Origin: an uncultured virus (IMG/VR IMGVR_UViG_3300038461_000154) | Lineage: Duplodnaviria > Heunggongvirae > Uroviricota > Caudoviricetes | IMG/VR virus record: IMGVR_UViG_3300038461_000154 | Length of the DNA stretch: 64,000 nt | Strand: one strand, 5' to 3' | Shown here: piece after piece, positions 52,951-62,577 of the stretch | Position numbering within the stretch: the stretch's first letter is position 1 | How the letters are laid out: each line of letters begins with the position of its first letter | Made by a program: the position numbers and the translations under genes | The notes under the pieces: model-generated | The model's database searches: none | Told to the model about the DNA's origin: nothing | The model's input: only the letters and a program-made list of their open reading frames with translations

Positions 52951-53901
52951 TTATTTATTGTCGTATGAGTATTCGAATTCGGCAAATGGAGAATACACCT
53001 TGTCGTTTCCCATATTCATATAACATCTTACGCGATACCGCCACGACATTCCACTGTCATCAATAAAGGAAGTTTGTTTTGTACAATCAATCACAGAAAA
53101 ATCTCCCGCCGTTAAAGGAGCACGTTGGACTTCATATTTTTCTGCGTGTGTTGAATTATTTTGCCACATCAGTTTTATTTGGTTTTCTGAAAGTACCGCA
53201 ACGTTTAGACTACTAGGTGCTTGAAGTAATGTTGTAATGTTTGTTTGTATTGAAGGCGACAAATTGTTTCTATAAAAAGCCACAACACAATATGAATATG
53301 TTGTTCCTTCAAGAGTAGTTGTGTCTGTAAAACTACAACGAGTAATGGTAGCCAACAATACAGCAGGTTGATTGCCTTCGCTTCTGAAAATTCTAAAAGC
53401 TTCTGTTCGTTTGTCTGTTTTTTCCCACTGTAAGATTACTTTTTTAAACATAACCGTAGCAGTAAAATTGGTTGGTGCAGATAATAGTTCGCCGTCAACA
53501 ATTCTCGTATTGCTTACCGCATAAATTGATTCTTCTTCCCCTGCCGTAGCTTTAATACGATATTGATAAATATTACCTATAATAACCGTTTCATCTTTCC
53601 ATGTGATAGCTTTGGCAGCAGCATTACCAGCTTTCTTAAAATCCCCATCATTAACCTTTTTTTCAATAGTAAAAGACCACAAAGTATTTGACCTGTTTTT
53701 CCAAGATAATTCTATAGTATGGTCAGATACTTGCCTGATTTTTACATGACTCGGTTCCACCAGTGTTTCGTTTATCCCAACATATTCTTCGTGGATAGGT
53801 TGCTTGCTAATTTCTACATCGTTCGGCTCTGCAATTTTTTCATGCGTTTTTGCGCACGTATTAGAATTTTTTCTACCAAAACGAACACCATTTAATACCA
53901 T
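52951..53901 (-). CDS. Fibronectin type III repeat protein
   Basis: Repeated P..L...I.L.W...F.I.R...D......Y.YRV.A. Confidence 0.85.
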   Translation of the reverse strand: MVLNGVRFGRKNSNTCAKTHEKIAEPNDVEISKQPIHEEYVGINETLVEPSHVKIRQVSDHTIELSWKNRSNTLWSFTIEKKVNDGDFKKAGNAAAKAITWKDETVIIGNIYQYRIKATAGEEESIYAVSNTRIVDGELLSAPTNFTATVMFKKVILQWEKTDKRTEAFRIFRSEGNQPAVLLATITRCSFTDTTTLEGTTYSYCVVAFYRNNLSPSIQTNITTLLQAPSSLNVAVLSENQIKLMWQNNSTHAEKYEVQRAPLTAGDFSVIDCTKQTSFIDDSGMSWRYRVRCYMNMGNDKVYSPFAEFEYSYDNK

Positions 53902-53911
53902 GACTTTATCC

Positions 53912-54589
53912 TTAAATATAATCAATTTTTGTAAGGCTATCCACAGTTCCAGAGTGCGTAATCATGTTAATACCTATCCTTGATAGCTCGGCAGCAACGT
54001 ATGGTGGAAACTTTTCTGCTATTACTGTTCCCACTACTATATCATACAATCCAAGGCACATGTTCAATTCTAAAGCTAAAACATATTTATCAATTTGGCT
54101 CACAACACTGCTTGGTGCTTCACCCATTTTTACTTCGACAGCACGAATGATACGGTTGTCTCTCGCCAAAATATCGCATCGGCCAAACTCTCTCATTTCT
54201 TCTTCACGCCCAACTAAAGCAGTTGGGCTGGCTTGTAAAATATACAAAAGCTTTGTCTTTTGTCTAACCAATTCTTTACAAAACTCCAATTCAGGCCCGC
54301 TCTTTTGAACAGGCGCAAAGTTCTGTTCAAAAATTGGCGTCTGATACCCTTCTCCATAAAGACGGCCAAACAGATTTTGTTCAATGCGTCGTTGGATAGT
54401 TTTGAATCTCTCGAAATGGATTGGGTGCAATTCAGATAAAATTTCTCGCTCGGTATAAGTATTAAGCATTCCTAAAAATTTCTTTGCTTCATCACGCCTG
54501 TTGCGTAAGAAAGATGTATGAAGACGCCAATAAATTGCATCTAAAATACCTCTTGGTCTTTTTAGAATCGCCTTTTTAGGAGTTAACAT
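53912..54589 (-). CDS. PD-(D/E)XK endonuclease, NucS/EndoMS-like C-terminal domain
   Basis: GRCDILARD...VEVK.G.A....V.QI.KY. Confidence 0.75.
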   Translation of the reverse strand: MLTPKKAILKRPRGILDAIYWRLHTSFLRNRRDEAKKFLGMLNTYTEREILSELHPIHFERFKTIQRRIEQNLFGRLYGEGYQTPIFEQNFAPVQKSGPELEFCKELVRQKTKLLYILQASPTALVGREEEMREFGRCDILARDNRIIRAVEVKMGEAPSSVVSQIDKYVLALELNMCLGLYDIVVGTVIAEKFPPYVAAELSRIGINMITHSGTVDSLTKIDYI

Positions 54590-55112
54590 TGATATACTCG
54601 CTAAAAGTGTATATTTTTATGTCTTGAAAACCACTTGGTAGAATACCTTTATTAAATGCTTTTTTTAAATTACAATTAAAACACAACAATTGATAACGTT
54701 CTTTAGGATATTTTAAAATTTTCAATTTGCGATAAAAACCTGCACCATGACGTGAACCAGCTTTCGCTTTTTCACGCTCCGCTTTACCATCATTAAAAGT
54801 ATGGTCAACGGTCAATTTATCGGAATCGCGCTCTCCACAACAAATACACTGACTCCCATAAGCTTTTATAGCTTCAATTTTCAATCCTTGTTGATATTTT
54901 TTGGCTAATTTTTTGAATACATCACTGTTTCGCTTGTAGCGAAGTTTCGATTTTTTTAAACTTTTTTGATGATTTGAATAATATTTTTTCATTACAAATT
55001 TATTATGACATTTAGCACAACGCGAGGATACGCCGTATTTGCCCGTCTTATGTTTATAAAAATCGCTTATTGGTTTACTTATATGACATATTGTACAAGT
55101 TTTTATATTCAT
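54576..55112 (-). CDS. HNH-type (homing) endonuclease with N-terminal zinc finger
   Basis: CTIC..K...FY...CAKC; YG..CICCGE..LTVDH...QLLCFNCN. Confidence 0.8.
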   Translation of the reverse strand: MNIKTCTICHISKPISDFYKHKTGKYGVSSRCAKCHNKFVMKKYYSNHQKSLKKSKLRYKRNSDVFKKLAKKYQQGLKIEAIKAYGSQCICCGERDSDKLTVDHTFNDGKAEREKAKAGSRHGAGFYRKLKILKYPKERYQLLCFNCNLKKAFNKGILPSGFQDIKIYTFSEYINVNS

Positions 55113-55158
55113 TTGTGGAAGCTCCAATACGTTCCACAAATGTTAGAGTATAGAAAAA

Positions 55159-55401
55159 TTATGAAGGTTGATTGCTATCTTGTTTATTTTTACGTTTCAA
55201 AAGGAATTCATATATTTCTAAAGCCATCATCGGAATACATACTGTAATCGTCAATAATAGCATCAACATGAATACTTGATATTGTGCTGGTTGCCCGTGA
55301 AGATTAGTCGGCATCGCTACCAATGCTATTAGCTGGAAAATAATTAACAAAGCTAACCCAATATACTTCCAACGTTTTAAATTCATGGTTATTATCTGCA
55401 T
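55159..55401 (-). CDS. Small two-TM membrane protein
   Basis: Two hydrophobic helices. Confidence 0.6.
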   Translation of the reverse strand: MQIITMNLKRWKYIGLALLIIFQLIALVAMPTNLHGQPAQYQVFMLMLLLTITVCIPMMALEIYEFLLKRKNKQDSNQPS

Positions 55402-55601
55402 TTATGGTTAGAGAAGTGTTTTTCGCAAAGCTGTTTAAAACACTTTGGACACTGAACGATATGTTTCTTACAGATGAACCCGCCACAGAGCTTACATTTA
55501 TAGCCGGTCTGTAAATTTCCTTTACTTTGGCAAATTACGCAAGTGCATGTTTGGGCGATGGAACTGCGATATTCAATTTTTTTCTTTTGATAAAATGGCA
55601 T
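55392..55601 (-). CDS. Cys/His-rich zinc-finger protein (B-box/AN1-like pattern)
   Basis: CVIC..CKLC..IC..H..CPKC..LC..H. Confidence 0.65.
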   Translation of the reverse strand: MPFYQKKKIEYRSSIAQTCTCVICQSKGNLQTGYKCKLCGGFICKKHIVQCPKCFKQLCEKHFSNHKCR

Positions 55602-55655
55602 AGTACCTCTCCTTGAGCACTTCGTATTATACAGGAGCGGCGCTATGATTTGAAG

Positions 55656-56270
55656 CTATTCCTTACCAACAGAGCGAAAATATGCGTCCATTACCTGCTT
55701 CACATCGTCTGGTATTGTGTCTCCGGTTTTCTTGTATTCTATCTGCTCATCCTTCTCTTGTTCATATCGCCCACCTTCAACGCCAGTTATGGTTAAAGAA
55801 ATACACTTCATTGTTTCGTTATTTTTCACCATCTTAATGCCCCTACAGTAACTAATAAGGAAATCAACATCAACACCATCAACACCAGCAGGCTTATAAA
55901 ACCCTCCCGTAGACCTGTAACAGCTACCCTGATAGACAAGATTACCATTGTTGGGGTCTTTGAATCTTTCACGAGTGACTATACAGTCCTCAGTAATGTA
56001 AAACTCAATAGTGCAGTCGTCTGGAAGATTCTGCTCAGGTTTAGACGATTTCCATACCCCCATGATGCCAAACTTCTTCATTAGCTCCTCTGGCACAGGC
56101 TTGAGACTCTTATCAGCATTTTCCGTCCACTGTTTATACTTCTTCTTTTCTTCTTTAATTCGTGTCTTTTCTTCTACAAGTTGTTTCTTTTCTGCAATTG
56201 ATTTATCCCCTTCGCCAGAAAACGAATATGCAGAACATATAAGCATAATGAACAAAAGACAGGATTTCAT
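55656..56270 (-). CDS. Putative exported protein
   Basis: Signal-peptide-like N-terminus; RBS AAGGAG; promoter 56305-13. Confidence 0.7.
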   Translation of the reverse strand: MKSCLLFIMLICSAYSFSGEGDKSIAEKKQLVEEKTRIKEEKKKYKQWTENADKSLKPVPEELMKKFGIMGVWKSSKPEQNLPDDCTIEFYITEDCIVTRERFKDPNNGNLVYQGSCYRSTGGFYKPAGVDGVDVDFLISYCRGIKMVKNNETMKCISLTITGVEGGRYEQEKDEQIEYKKTGDTIPDDVKQVMDAYFRSVGKE

Positions 56271-56304
56271 GTAGTTCTCCTTTCAGAACCAATGCCTGTT
56301 TATG

Positions 56305-56313
56305 TATCGTCAA
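56305..56313 (-). promoter_or_regulatory. TTGACGATA promoter motif
   Basis: Ahead of ATG 56270. Confidence 0.7.
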
Positions 56314-56347
56314 ATTTTGGAATAATTATTGTAAAAATTTAAAATAA

Positions 56348-57340
56348 TTATGGGGTGTAATCTAAGTACGGGCCAGAAGCTTCAGACGAGAAAATTTTTC
56401 CATGTATTGTTGCAACACTGAAAGTTGTCATTTGAAGATACGAAAGAAAAGGAACTCCATTTATTGGGGCACTGGACCCGTTTAATCCTACGTTTCCAAG
56501 CGTATAAGCTAAATTTGTTCCACCATTCAGTTTATGGTTGGGGTCATACGGTATGAAAGTACCAGCATCATCGCTATATTGAGAATAATAACAATATCCT
56601 ACTGGACTGCGTAAACTATTCGATTTTAATAAAATTAAAACATTCTTTTTATTTGCATGTTGAATGACCTTTATATCTTGCCCAATCGGTGTGGGATTTT
56701 CACAATAACTAGGTGCCAATGGGAGCATCGTTGGACCTATTATATCAGTATAAGCATTTATAGCGTCTTTGTTGATATAGGTAGTGTTATTCTTATAACC
56801 TACAGCATATATAAAATATGCATAATACGCAGCATCATACATTCTGTCAGGGCTTGGTGGAGTAACGTTATTAGAATGAGTGTCTAGCCAATAAACATAG
56901 TTACCCTGAACAATAACATCTGCATCACCTGGAGCAACATCAATACCTGATGGTGTAGGAGGAAGCCCTGCACTCGGTCCCAAATCTGATTTCCAATCTG
57001 CACTACCAAAATCTTTACGATAACGTTTTATGTGCCACCTTACTACAGGAAACTCAGTTAAATCAGACTGTTCCCAACTGAGCAATATGCTATTTGAGTC
57101 GGCTATTGTAGATGGCTGTGGTACTGGTTTTTCCGGTCCAGAAGGAGAAGGTCCAATTTCTGGCTTATTTGGTGCTCCGCATGGGTCATCATTGGTTGGA
57201 AAAGGTGGTTTTACTTTATCAGCAGGGTTATTTGTGTTATCTGTATGTGATTTGGGGTTGCCTGCATACGTTGGATGACCGTCCCCACCTAAATATGGTC
57301 CAGTACCAATTCCAAATCCGCCAATTCCACCAAGACCCAT
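56348..57340 (-). CDS. Gly/Pro-rich protein with an FN3-like segment
   Basis: ILLSW...WHIKR...WLD...YAYFIYAV; RBS GGAGG. Confidence 0.65.
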   Translation of the reverse strand: MGLGGIGGFGIGTGPYLGGDGHPTYAGNPKSHTDNTNNPADKVKPPFPTNDDPCGAPNKPEIGPSPSGPEKPVPQPSTIADSNSILLSWEQSDLTEFPVVRWHIKRYRKDFGSADWKSDLGPSAGLPPTPSGIDVAPGDADVIVQGNYVYWLDTHSNNVTPPSPDRMYDAAYYAYFIYAVGYKNNTTYINKDAINAYTDIIGPTMLPLAPSYCENPTPIGQDIKVIQHANKKNVLILLKSNSLRSPVGYCYYSQYSDDAGTFIPYDPNHKLNGGTNLAYTLGNVGLNGSSAPINGVPFLSYLQMTTFSVATIHGKIFSSEASGPYLDYTP

Positions 57341-57391
57341 AACGTCCTCCAAATCTCGTAACGTGCCTATAGTTGTATTACTATAAAATTT

Positions 57392-58903
57392 TTATACTGC
57401 TTGTACCACGTTGCTATAACTATATTCGCAGTTTGAATGTGCTCGTATCCTATAAAAACATGTACAAGAATCATTTTGCGTATCAGTACAATTGCAATGT
57501 TCTGAATCTAAACCAGCTATTGTTTCATATTTGTTTCCATCACTTGAACGCTCAACATTAAAACTATCTATTTTTCCACCGTTATAAGTCCACTGTAAAA
57601 CAATCATGGTATATTCAATATAGGATGTTAATTTTGGGCTATCAATAAGCATGTCATTTTTTTGTATTATTTGGTTCGGTTTTATATCAAAAAATGTCAT
57701 ATGAGTATCGCTGTACTTAATTTCACTACCTTTATAAGCCTTGATACGATAAAAATAAATTGCCACAGTATCTTCCAACTTTTTATCCACGTATTCAAAA
57801 TTTGCAGCAATGTTGACTCCGCTTTTCCTTGCAGAAACAGTAGCTATCCCTGTATAACCACTATCATGGCTCGTAGACCGTTCGATTACAAATCCATCCA
57901 ATGCACAACCATCATAGAACCACTCCAAATACACCATATTATTGTGTGACATACAAGTTACTTCTGGAGTATCCATGGGCTTTGGTACTTCAGGCACAAA
58001 TGTATTCACTCCAAACTCGTACCAAGCAGCATAAATCGTTTTATCATTATCAGCTTTGTATGCTCGTATGCGATAACAGTATTGCTTATTTGGTCCTGCA
58101 TTTTTATCCAAATACGTTAAGGTAGTCTCCTCACCTTTGAGAACTTTTGCTACCACTCCATAAAAACCAAGAGCACCTTCTTTCTTTTCTATCTCATAAC
58201 CGTTGGCTAATTCAGAAGTGACTGCCCACTTCAATTCAACTCCGCTGTTTGGAATTGCCTTAGCATTGACAGAAACTAATTCCTGTAAGACAGGACTAAG
58301 ATTATTACTTTCATTGCTGAAGTCCGAGCACTCTGTGAATCTCTTGTTTTGGACTTTGTATTTGTAGTCCTTGCCATATTCCACAGCGGAATCAATATAG
58401 CTAGATACTGCTGGAATAAGCGCAATTAGATGTTCATAGTCTTGTTTGTCTACGCTACGCTCTATACACACGCTTGTTATGTTTGAAGAATTGAGTTTCC
58501 AATCCAATTTTATACCTGCCTCTTTGAATTTTGTAGCTGTCAAACCACTAGGAACAAGTATACCGTTCATGGTTACTATTGCTGTGTTGCTGAATCCAGA
58601 AACTTGGTCATAGTAGTAAGCTTGCACTCTGTAATAATAAGTCTCACCTTCTTTCATATCAGAATCAAACCACGACATGCTCAAAAGTCTATCTTGACTT
58701 GATGAATCTACTTTTACAGGTGGCGACGTAAACTCTGTTGTTTGTGATTTGAAAACGCAAAAGCCGGTAGGATGAACTGGATACAACTTACCACCATCAT
58801 ATTTCCACGTAAGCTTTATCTGGCTACCACACAATCTAGCTTCCAAATTCGTTGGCTGCTTTATCCAACCCCTTGGCCTCACTTTGGAATTATTGCCAAC
58901 CAT
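57392..58903 (-). CDS. Fibronectin type III repeat protein (about 5 repeats)
   Basis: Repeated L.W...F.IERS...Y.D...Y.YRI.AY. Confidence 0.88.
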   Translation of the reverse strand: MVGNNSKVRPRGWIKQPTNLEARLCGSQIKLTWKYDGGKLYPVHPTGFCVFKSQTTEFTSPPVKVDSSSQDRLLSMSWFDSDMKEGETYYYRVQAYYYDQVSGFSNTAIVTMNGILVPSGLTATKFKEAGIKLDWKLNSSNITSVCIERSVDKQDYEHLIALIPAVSSYIDSAVEYGKDYKYKVQNKRFTECSDFSNESNNLSPVLQELVSVNAKAIPNSGVELKWAVTSELANGYEIEKKEGALGFYGVVAKVLKGEETTLTYLDKNAGPNKQYCYRIRAYKADNDKTIYAAWYEFGVNTFVPEVPKPMDTPEVTCMSHNNMVYLEWFYDGCALDGFVIERSTSHDSGYTGIATVSARKSGVNIAANFEYVDKKLEDTVAIYFYRIKAYKGSEIKYSDTHMTFFDIKPNQIIQKNDMLIDSPKLTSYIEYTMIVLQWTYNGGKIDSFNVERSSDGNKYETIAGLDSEHCNCTDTQNDSCTCFYRIRAHSNCEYSYSNVVQAV

Positions 58904-58949
58904 AGCCACACTCCTTTAATCTATTATGTGATGGCTTATTCAGAAAATG

Positions 58950-59372
58950 TCAGACTTGTTGGCTGTTGGAAACAGGCAGGCTACCATCTTCTGGAGGGAA
59001 CATTTTATTCCACGAAGTCTTTACAGCCTTTACCACTGTATCTTTATGTGCTTCCCATTCTTCTCGTGTACTGTGATAGTTGTAGAACTTGTGTGGGTAG
59101 ACATAAAATTTACCTGCTTTGTCAGTTGAGTCTATCCGCATTTTTGAATTAAAACTACAGGCTTCTTCACAAGCTTTATAAAAGTCATCCGGGTGCATAG
59201 AGCCGCAGAACGAACAAACTCTCTTACCGTCACGCATTTCCCAATCATCAAGATTTTCTTTAGCTTCAAAAGATGGATGAAAGCCGTATAATCGTTCAGG
59301 GCATGTCATCATGAAAGTTTTTCCATATAGCAATACAGGGCCAGTTCTAATCAAACTGGCCCTGTATTTCAC
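58950..59372 (-). CDS. Hypothetical phage protein
   Basis: CSFCGSMHPDDF motif. Confidence 0.65.
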   Translation of the reverse strand: MKYRASLIRTGPVLLYGKTFMMTCPERLYGFHPSFEAKENLDDWEMRDGKRVCSFCGSMHPDDFYKACEEACSFNSKMRIDSTDKAGKFYVYPHKFYNYHSTREEWEAHKDTVVKAVKTSWNKMFPPEDGSLPVSNSQQV

Positions 59373-59388
59373 ACCACAGGCTTATACA

Positions 59389-59652
59389 CTATTCGATTTT
59401 CTTCAAATGACCACTCACCAGCTTAGTCATTTCAAACATGTCTACCTGTTTCTTGCCGTTGAAGACTGGCTTGAGTTTTTCATCAGCAATAATGACACGC
59501 TTGTTCTTTTCGTCTTGCAGGTTGTTAGCTTTGATGTATTCCCAAAGCTTCTTGACTACTTGGGGTCTTGGAATAGGCTTATCCCCCACAACTGCCGCCA
59601 ATGCTTCATCTGGTTGAAGCGGTGCCTGAAGCCCTAAACCTTTCTTTGCCAC
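59389..59652 (-). CDS. Stand-alone SWIB/MDM2 domain protein
   Basis: LAAVVG....RPQVVKKLWEYIK.NNLQD.KNKR.I.AD.KL..VF...V.MFEM.K....HL. Confidence 0.93.
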   Translation of the reverse strand: MAKKGLGLQAPLQPDEALAAVVGDKPIPRPQVVKKLWEYIKANNLQDEKNKRVIIADEKLKPVFNGKKQVDMFEMTKLVSGHLKKIE

Positions 59653-59784
59653 AGTTTTTCTCCTTTGTGCTTATGGTTTAACAACTCAACTCAAATACTA
59701 TTATACCGTTAATGACCATAAATTTTGCGTATCGTTCATAAAAATTTTATAGGCAGTCATAAAGAGAGACATGGGAGATTGTGT

Positions 59785-60387
59785 ATGAATCATAGGTTTA
59801 TAGCTTCTGAACTTGTCAAAGTTGCCAATATTCTAATTGCTGATAGTGCCTTGACTAGCAAAAAAGCTTTTGAATTTCCTAACAAAACAGAGTTAAGAAA
59901 GTATTTAGATAACCATCCCAAAGCAGATAAAAGAAATCATTGGATTAAAAATGAAAAACGCTCTGGCCCTAATGACCAAGATTCAAAAAGTACAAAATTA
60001 GAACAGGAACAAATAAAGAAACCTGCCAAAACAATCATTGTTCCTAAAGAAAAATGGCCTAAAGGGAAAGAAGACCCAACTCAATATAGTTCTGATAAAC
60101 ATGCGATTATGGTTAGAAAAGACTATGACATAAAAGCTGACCCCGCTGGCTGGATGGTGCATGAGCGTGTTCATGCTTCTGGAAATATCAAAGATGACAA
60201 CAAACCATATCCAGAAAATGCTGTTGAACGTGCTGCCTATACTAAACAGTTTGAGCATTTGATTAAAAAAGGATATAAGACATTGGCAGATATACTAAAA
60301 ATCAAAACAGTGGAACATAAAGCTGACCATGCCACTGTATTAACCAAATATTTTCAACAAGCTATGAAGAATATAGGTAAAAAATAA
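59785..60387 (+). CDS. Protein with zincin-like HExxH motif
   Basis: VHERVHA plus downstream E..AY; N-terminal IASELVKVA helix. Confidence 0.6.
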   Translation: MNHRFIASELVKVANILIADSALTSKKAFEFPNKTELRKYLDNHPKADKRNHWIKNEKRSGPNDQDSKSTKLEQEQIKKPAKTIIVPKEKWPKGKEDPTQYSSDKHAIMVRKDYDIKADPAGWMVHERVHASGNIKDDNKPYPENAVERAAYTKQFEHLIKKGYKTLADILKIKTVEHKADHATVLTKYFQQAMKNIGKK

Positions 60388-60398
60388 ATTCAGATTTT

Positions 60399-60704
60399 TT
60401 ATGCTTTGTGTAAATTTTCTTCAATGAGGTGATTCGCCTTTCTGTAATACTGTAAACCTTTGTCAGTAACAGCTAGGTTATCTCTTTCCCGCGTCAAACA
60501 ACCAGCATATATCTCTTTATTTATAGCAATCTCAAAAGATTCCTGCGTTTCATATATCAATATGGCATTCTTAATTGGCAACTTTCGTTCTCTCAATTCT
60601 TTGATTGTGAAAAACAAGCGGCCTTGTTTAAGGAATAATGCAACCTTCATTGCAATCATTACAGTGCCGATGCTATCCAATAAACTTTCTTCACTCTCAG
60701 ACAT
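60399..60704 (-). CDS. Hypothetical protein, possible winged helix
   Basis: G.L.......VT.KG pattern. Confidence 0.55.
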   Translation of the reverse strand: MSESEESLLDSIGTVMIAMKVALFLKQGRLFFTIKELRERKLPIKNAILIYETQESFEIAINKEIYAGCLTRERDNLAVTDKGLQYYRKANHLIEENLHKA

Positions 60705-60737
60705 AGCAATTCCTACGTTGCATTTTTATGAATCTTG

Positions 60738-61274
60738 TTAAGCATTTTCAGACATGGTTTCACGTATCTTTTCATCCTGCCCTTTAAGAATTTTACTCAC
60801 TTTGCAATGTGTGGAAATCCGTTCTCCCTCTGCCTCATCGTCTTCATCTTCACTGTTTTTGTAAAGCTCGAAATGCCGTTCTACAGCCGTGATAATAGTT
60901 GGATGGATATTACACTTTTCCATGTACTCTTTCCATCCATCTTTTGGCACATCACCATCGCCCCAACTTTTACCATTACCTACGTAGAACTCAGCAGGCT
61001 TTGAATAGACAATTTGACCATCAGCAAGCTTAATGTATGGCCGTATAATCAAAGCAGCATCACGACAACAACCACACGAATGATTCCGTTCATATTCTAC
61101 GGCGATGGCATTAACCGCAGTAGTACCATAACGCACATTGCCCCACCTGTCTGGATAACGTGTCAAATCTGAATATTGCGAGATTAGCGCCTTGATTTTA
61201 TTCAAAGCGCCAATCTTCGCATTGTACTCAACAATGTCTTTGTTTAACTCGGCAAGTAGTTCTTCACCTTCCAT
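60738..61274 (-). CDS. Hypothetical protein
   Basis: RBS GGAG; HSCGCC motif. Confidence 0.7.
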   Translation of the reverse strand: MEGEELLAELNKDIVEYNAKIGALNKIKALISQYSDLTRYPDRWGNVRYGTTAVNAIAVEYERNHSCGCCRDAALIIRPYIKLADGQIVYSKPAEFYVGNGKSWGDGDVPKDGWKEYMEKCNIHPTIITAVERHFELYKNSEDEDDEAEGERISTHCKVSKILKGQDEKIRETMSENA

Positions 61275-61277
61275 CTT

Positions 61278-61838
61278 TTAATTCTCCGCAATGATTTTGA
61301 CATGCTTCTTCATGGTTTCCAAAGTCTCAAACAAGTCAGTAATGGCACTGAGCCTGTTTCTATTCTCATTATACTTAGTCCGAAGCTGCTTTATCACTTT
61401 TCCTGAATCATCCACATGCGCAACACAAATAATTCCTTCTGGTGCATTACTTCTACAATACAAACCAGCACCCCAAATATGTGCAAACAATCCACCTTTC
61501 ATATTGCTTGATTTCGTCTCTATATCTAGCACATCACGGTCCATCTTCCTAAAAATTGCATACGCCTTCGCGTGCATAACCACATGTGTTACTCTCAAAT
61601 TTTCTTCTTCAATGTCAGAGAATACATTTGTCATTGAATACAGAATGGAACTGTTCGATTCACGTACTACACAAGATGTGTCTTTCAACATCTCGTCGGC
61701 AGCTTTGGCCATTACTTGTTGTCTGTTGCCGCCAACAGTACGATATTCCTTCACTGCATCAATTGCAACTCTGGCTTCCGCCGAATTGCAATCGAAAAAT
61801 GACTGGCCCTTATCGTCTAAAAACTTTACGGTATTCAT
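61278..61838 (-). CDS. Protein with a major-capsid-like (HK97 A-domain-like) segment
   Basis: F..IE...LRV..VVMH...YA.FRK.DRD.LDIET.....GL...IWGA......PEG. Confidence 0.5.
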   Translation of the reverse strand: MNTVKFLDDKGQSFFDCNSAEARVAIDAVKEYRTVGGNRQQVMAKAADEMLKDTSCVVRESNSSILYSMTNVFSDIEEENLRVTHVVMHAKAYAIFRKMDRDVLDIETKSSNMKGGLFAHIWGAGLYCRSNAPEGIICVAHVDDSGKVIKQLRTKYNENRNRLSAITDLFETLETMKKHVKIIAEN

Positions 61839-61990
61839 AGTACGCTTCCTCCATTGCGGAGAGAGTCGCACTTTCTTTTTTGACAAAGAAAGGTATTATC
61901 GAAACCTACAGATTTCAATACTCTCCGATAGTCTGCGGAGGTGCAGTATAAAGTATTATATACCAACAATAAAAATTTCTAAAATAATTT

Positions 61991-62521
61991 CTAACGATGC
62001 CCGCCATGCCCACCAAAACTGTGTCCAGAACCACCGCGTGAACCATAACCATAACTAGAGAATCCAAAGCCTACAGAGAAGCTTGGGTAGTAATAAGGAC
62101 GATAGCAAGGATAGGAATAGTAAGGATAAGCAGAGGGATAGTCAGTATAGACATAACGTACTGTCGGCGCTTCTACAATTTCTACCTGTTGTATGGGTTC
62201 TTGTACCACTCGTACTGGCTGTGCTCTAATCGGCTCTGCTTTTGCCCTGATTACAATTGGTTGACGTTCTGCAATGACTTCATGCGCAACCGGCTTACAA
62301 TGCTTCAAGATAGCCACAACGACTTCCTTTGACACCTTTGCATCTTTGAGTTTGAGAATGTCATCAGCAGTCAATGTAACAGGCTCAGATGTTTCCACAA
62401 AGGCAAGCATCACTTCATCACCAACACCTTTTTGAGTCAATGTCACAACATCTTCTACCGTTGCAGCCTGGATGAAGCCACTACCAATAAGCAATACAGC
62501 AGAAATAAACCATTTCCACAT
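61991..62521 (-). CDS. Exported protein with DV..L...GV.DEV repeats and Tyr/Gly-rich tail
   Basis: Signal peptide; VEDVVTLTQKGVGDEVM / ADDILKLKDAKVSKEVV; RBS AAGGAGG. Confidence 0.75.
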   Translation of the reverse strand: MWKWFISAVLLIGSGFIQAATVEDVVTLTQKGVGDEVMLAFVETSEPVTLTADDILKLKDAKVSKEVVVAILKHCKPVAHEVIAERQPIVIRAKAEPIRAQPVRVVQEPIQQVEIVEAPTVRYVYTDYPSAYPYYSYPCYRPYYYPSFSVGFGFSSYGYGSRGGSGHSFGGHGGHR

Positions 62522-62577
62522 GGTTAATCCTCCTTGTCAAGCGTCCATATTATTGACGGCTATTCAAAAACTATTAT

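Noticed and set aside
61291..62058. Long antisense or alternate-frame ORFs (e.g. 61291..62058+, 13973..14539+, 48638..49183+, 32457..32981+)
   Set aside because: Shadows of better-supported genes with RBS and motifs.
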